Assembly (NCBI GenBank): GCA_965242495.1
Contig: OZ251446.1
Coordinates: forward strand, 2,820,559 to 2,884,558
Reading direction: 5' to 3'
Source of the DNA: Alphaproteobacteria bacterium
GTDB taxonomy: Bacteria > Pseudomonadota > Alphaproteobacteria > MPNO01
Length of the DNA: 64,000 nucleotides
In this document: positions 62,392-64,000 of the stretch, piece after piece
Layout: each line of letters opens with the position of its first letter
Position numbering within the stretch: position 1 is the first letter of the stretch
Position numbers and translations under genes: made by a program
The notes under the pieces: model-generated
What the model saw: only the letters and a program-made list of their open reading frames with translations
Told to the model about the DNA's origin: nothing
Database searches by the model: none

Positions 62392-63888
62392 TCAGAAGGC
62401 GTCGTAATACTCGTCCTGCTCCCAGCCGGTGACGTCCCGGCCGGGATCGTCGATCGCCTCATCTTCGCAGTATCGGGCGAACCGGTCCAGCTCGGCCCGT
62501 TTCATGGCGAGGTAGTAATCGACGAACCAATCGCCGAATTGCCGACGGTAGAGGCTGCTGGCGGCGAGCGCCTCGAGAGCCGCGTCCAGCGTCTTCGGCA
62601 GCGGCGGCCGGGGCGCGTCGTAGGCGTCGTCGTCGGCAGGATGCGGGACCAGCCCGCGCTCGATCCCGTCGAGCCCGGCGGCGATCTGCGAGGCGATGAA
62701 CAGATAGGGGTTGGCCGCCGGTTCGCCGGCCCGGTTCTCGATCCGCGTCGCCGGATCGCCCGCGCGCCCCAGCACCCGCAACAGCGCGCCCCGGTGATCG
62801 CGGCCCCAGCCGGCCCGATCCGGGGCGAGCGAATTGGGCCGGAAGCGCCGGTAACCGTTGACCGTGGGCGCCGCGAAGACCGTGGCCGGCCCGGCATGGG
62901 CGAGCAGCCCGGCGAGAAAGGCGAGCCCCATATCCGAGAGCGCCGCGCCTTCGGCCTCCGGCGCGAACAGGTTGTCCCCCGTCGCCGCATCGGCCAGCGA
63001 CTGGTGCAGGTGCCAACCGCTGCTGTAATGGCCGGCGACGCCCGGCCGGCTCATGAAGCTCGCGACATGGCCGTGGCGCCGGCAGATCTGGCGCACCGCG
63101 GTGCGGAACAGCACGTAGTCATCGGCGGCGCGCCCGGCCTCCATGGCGGCGAAGGTGCATTCGACCTGACCGGGGCCCCATTCGTTCTCGACCGTGCGCA
63201 GCGGCAGGCCGAGCGCGGTGAGGCAGCGGGCGAGCTCGCTCAGGATCGGCTGCATGAGATCGAGGTTGGTCTCGGAGTGGTAGGAATAGCCGGGTTCGAC
63301 GGGCGCGGTCGCGACCGGGCGGGCGCGGAGGCCGGGCCGGCCGACATTGTCCGCGGTGAGCCGCTCCTGGACCAGATGCGCCAGATAGAACTCGACCTCC
63401 AGCCCGATCCGTAGCGCCAGCCCGCGTTCGGCAAGCCGGTCGAGCTGGCGGCGGGCGAGGCGACGGGTCGAGAAATGGAACGGCGCGCCGTCGGCGAAGT
63501 ATTCGTCGCACAGCACCCAGCCCACGCCGTCCGCCCAGGGCAGCGGCCGGAAGGTCGTCGGATCCGGCACGGCGACCAGGTTGGGCGAGCCGGTCATCTC
63601 GTCGAGCCCCATGCCGCCGCCGCGGGTGAAGGAGCGAAACACGCGCCCGCCGGCGGCGTCGAGCGTCGAGGTCGCGACGTTGACGTTGTGGCCGTCGGCC
63701 AGGGCGTCGAGAAACGCCGCCGGAGCGAGGGCCTTGGCGCGCGAAGCCCCGTGCGGGTCGGCCCAGGCGAGGCGGACGAGCGCGAACTCGCCCGCGGCGA
63801 TGCGCTTGCGCAATTCGGCGGCGCCCTGCGCTTGCGCTTCGGACCACAGCCCGTGGCGGGCGATGAAACCTTCCCTCGCCATGCCCAT
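62392..63888 (-). CDS. Glutamine-synthetase-family gamma-glutamyl-amine ligase (PuuA/TdnQ/AtdA1-like)
   Basis: GS catalytic-domain motifs are EVEFYL, NEWGPGQVE, SFMSRP, GWHLHQSL and NRAGEPAANPYL. It lies immediately upstream of the dioxygenase alpha/beta genes. Confidence 0.85.
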   Translation of the reverse strand: MGMAREGFIARHGLWSEAQAQGAAELRKRIAAGEFALVRLAWADPHGASRAKALAPAAFLDALADGHNVNVATSTLDAAGGRVFRSFTRGGGMGLDEMTGSPNLVAVPDPTTFRPLPWADGVGWVLCDEYFADGAPFHFSTRRLARRQLDRLAERGLALRIGLEVEFYLAHLVQERLTADNVGRPGLRARPVATAPVEPGYSYHSETNLDLMQPILSELARCLTALGLPLRTVENEWGPGQVECTFAAMEAGRAADDYVLFRTAVRQICRRHGHVASFMSRPGVAGHYSSGWHLHQSLADAATGDNLFAPEAEGAALSDMGLAFLAGLLAHAGPATVFAAPTVNGYRRFRPNSLAPDRAGWGRDHRGALLRVLGRAGDPATRIENRAGEPAANPYLFIASQIAAGLDGIERGLVPHPADDDAYDAPRPPLPKTLDAALEALAASSLYRRQFGDWFVDYYLAMKRAELDRFARYCEDEAIDDPGRDVTGWEQDEYYDAF

Positions 63889-64000
63889 GGAATACGGTCC
63901 GGCGGCGCGGATGTCGAGAGGCGGGCGGGTTGCGTATCCGGGGCGTTTGGATCACCATCGACGGGTGGGGATTCCTCACGGCATCCAGAGACAGCCAGGG

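Overview
High-GC (about 70%) proteobacterial chromosome segment, probably alphaproteobacterial. This is suggested by the SUV3-like helicase / S4 / fdxA / carD block, the rlmN-argG and folD-yggT neighbourhoods, and IPAFAGMT-type intergenic repeats. I found no rRNA, tRNA, CRISPR array or transposase gene.

Most of the window is tightly packed catabolic and housekeeping genes. Many junctions are ATGA/GTGA stop-start overlaps, and I used these to fix start codons.
- 725-6086: CoxSML-type molybdo-hydroxylase + amidohydrolase_2 + DUF1989 operon.
- 9-14 kb: aromatic-acid style cluster.
- A cytoplasmic bis-MGD oxidoreductase.
- Two hydantoinase/oxoprolinase A/B pairs.
- Two VanA-like Rieske monooxygenases.
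- A glutamine-synthetase-like gene + Rieske alpha/beta dioxygenase set.
- A BMP-family nucleoside ABC importer operon.
- Housekeeping genes: rlmN, argG, folD, fhs, carD, fdxA, pip.

Accessory or unusual content:
1. A low-GC islet (16.9-17.9 kb) with an orphan Cas2-like small protein directly upstream of a PIN nuclease.
2. An MNT-HepT toxin-antitoxin pair lying between two ~290-bp direct copies of the 5' end of a surface-lipoprotein gene. One copy is a decayed remnant.
3. A bilobed TbpB-like surface lipoprotein followed by a Slam (DUF560) outer-membrane translocator.
4. A nucleoside 2-deoxyribosyltransferase-like gene GTGA-coupled to a frameshifted cpYpsA/SLOG gene at the end of the nucleoside importer operon.
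5. A 1.9-kb gene-poor gap (37.3-39.2 kb) holding a near-consensus sigma70 promoter plus terminator (candidate sRNA), six helically phased T-tracts, and a chain of Shine-Dalgarno-preceded mini-ORFs.
6. Two dispersed intergenic repeat families that co-occur in four loci. One has a GAAA-tetraloop hairpin core.

Many long ORFs in the six-frame track are antisense or repeat-derived artefacts of the high GC content. I rejected those.
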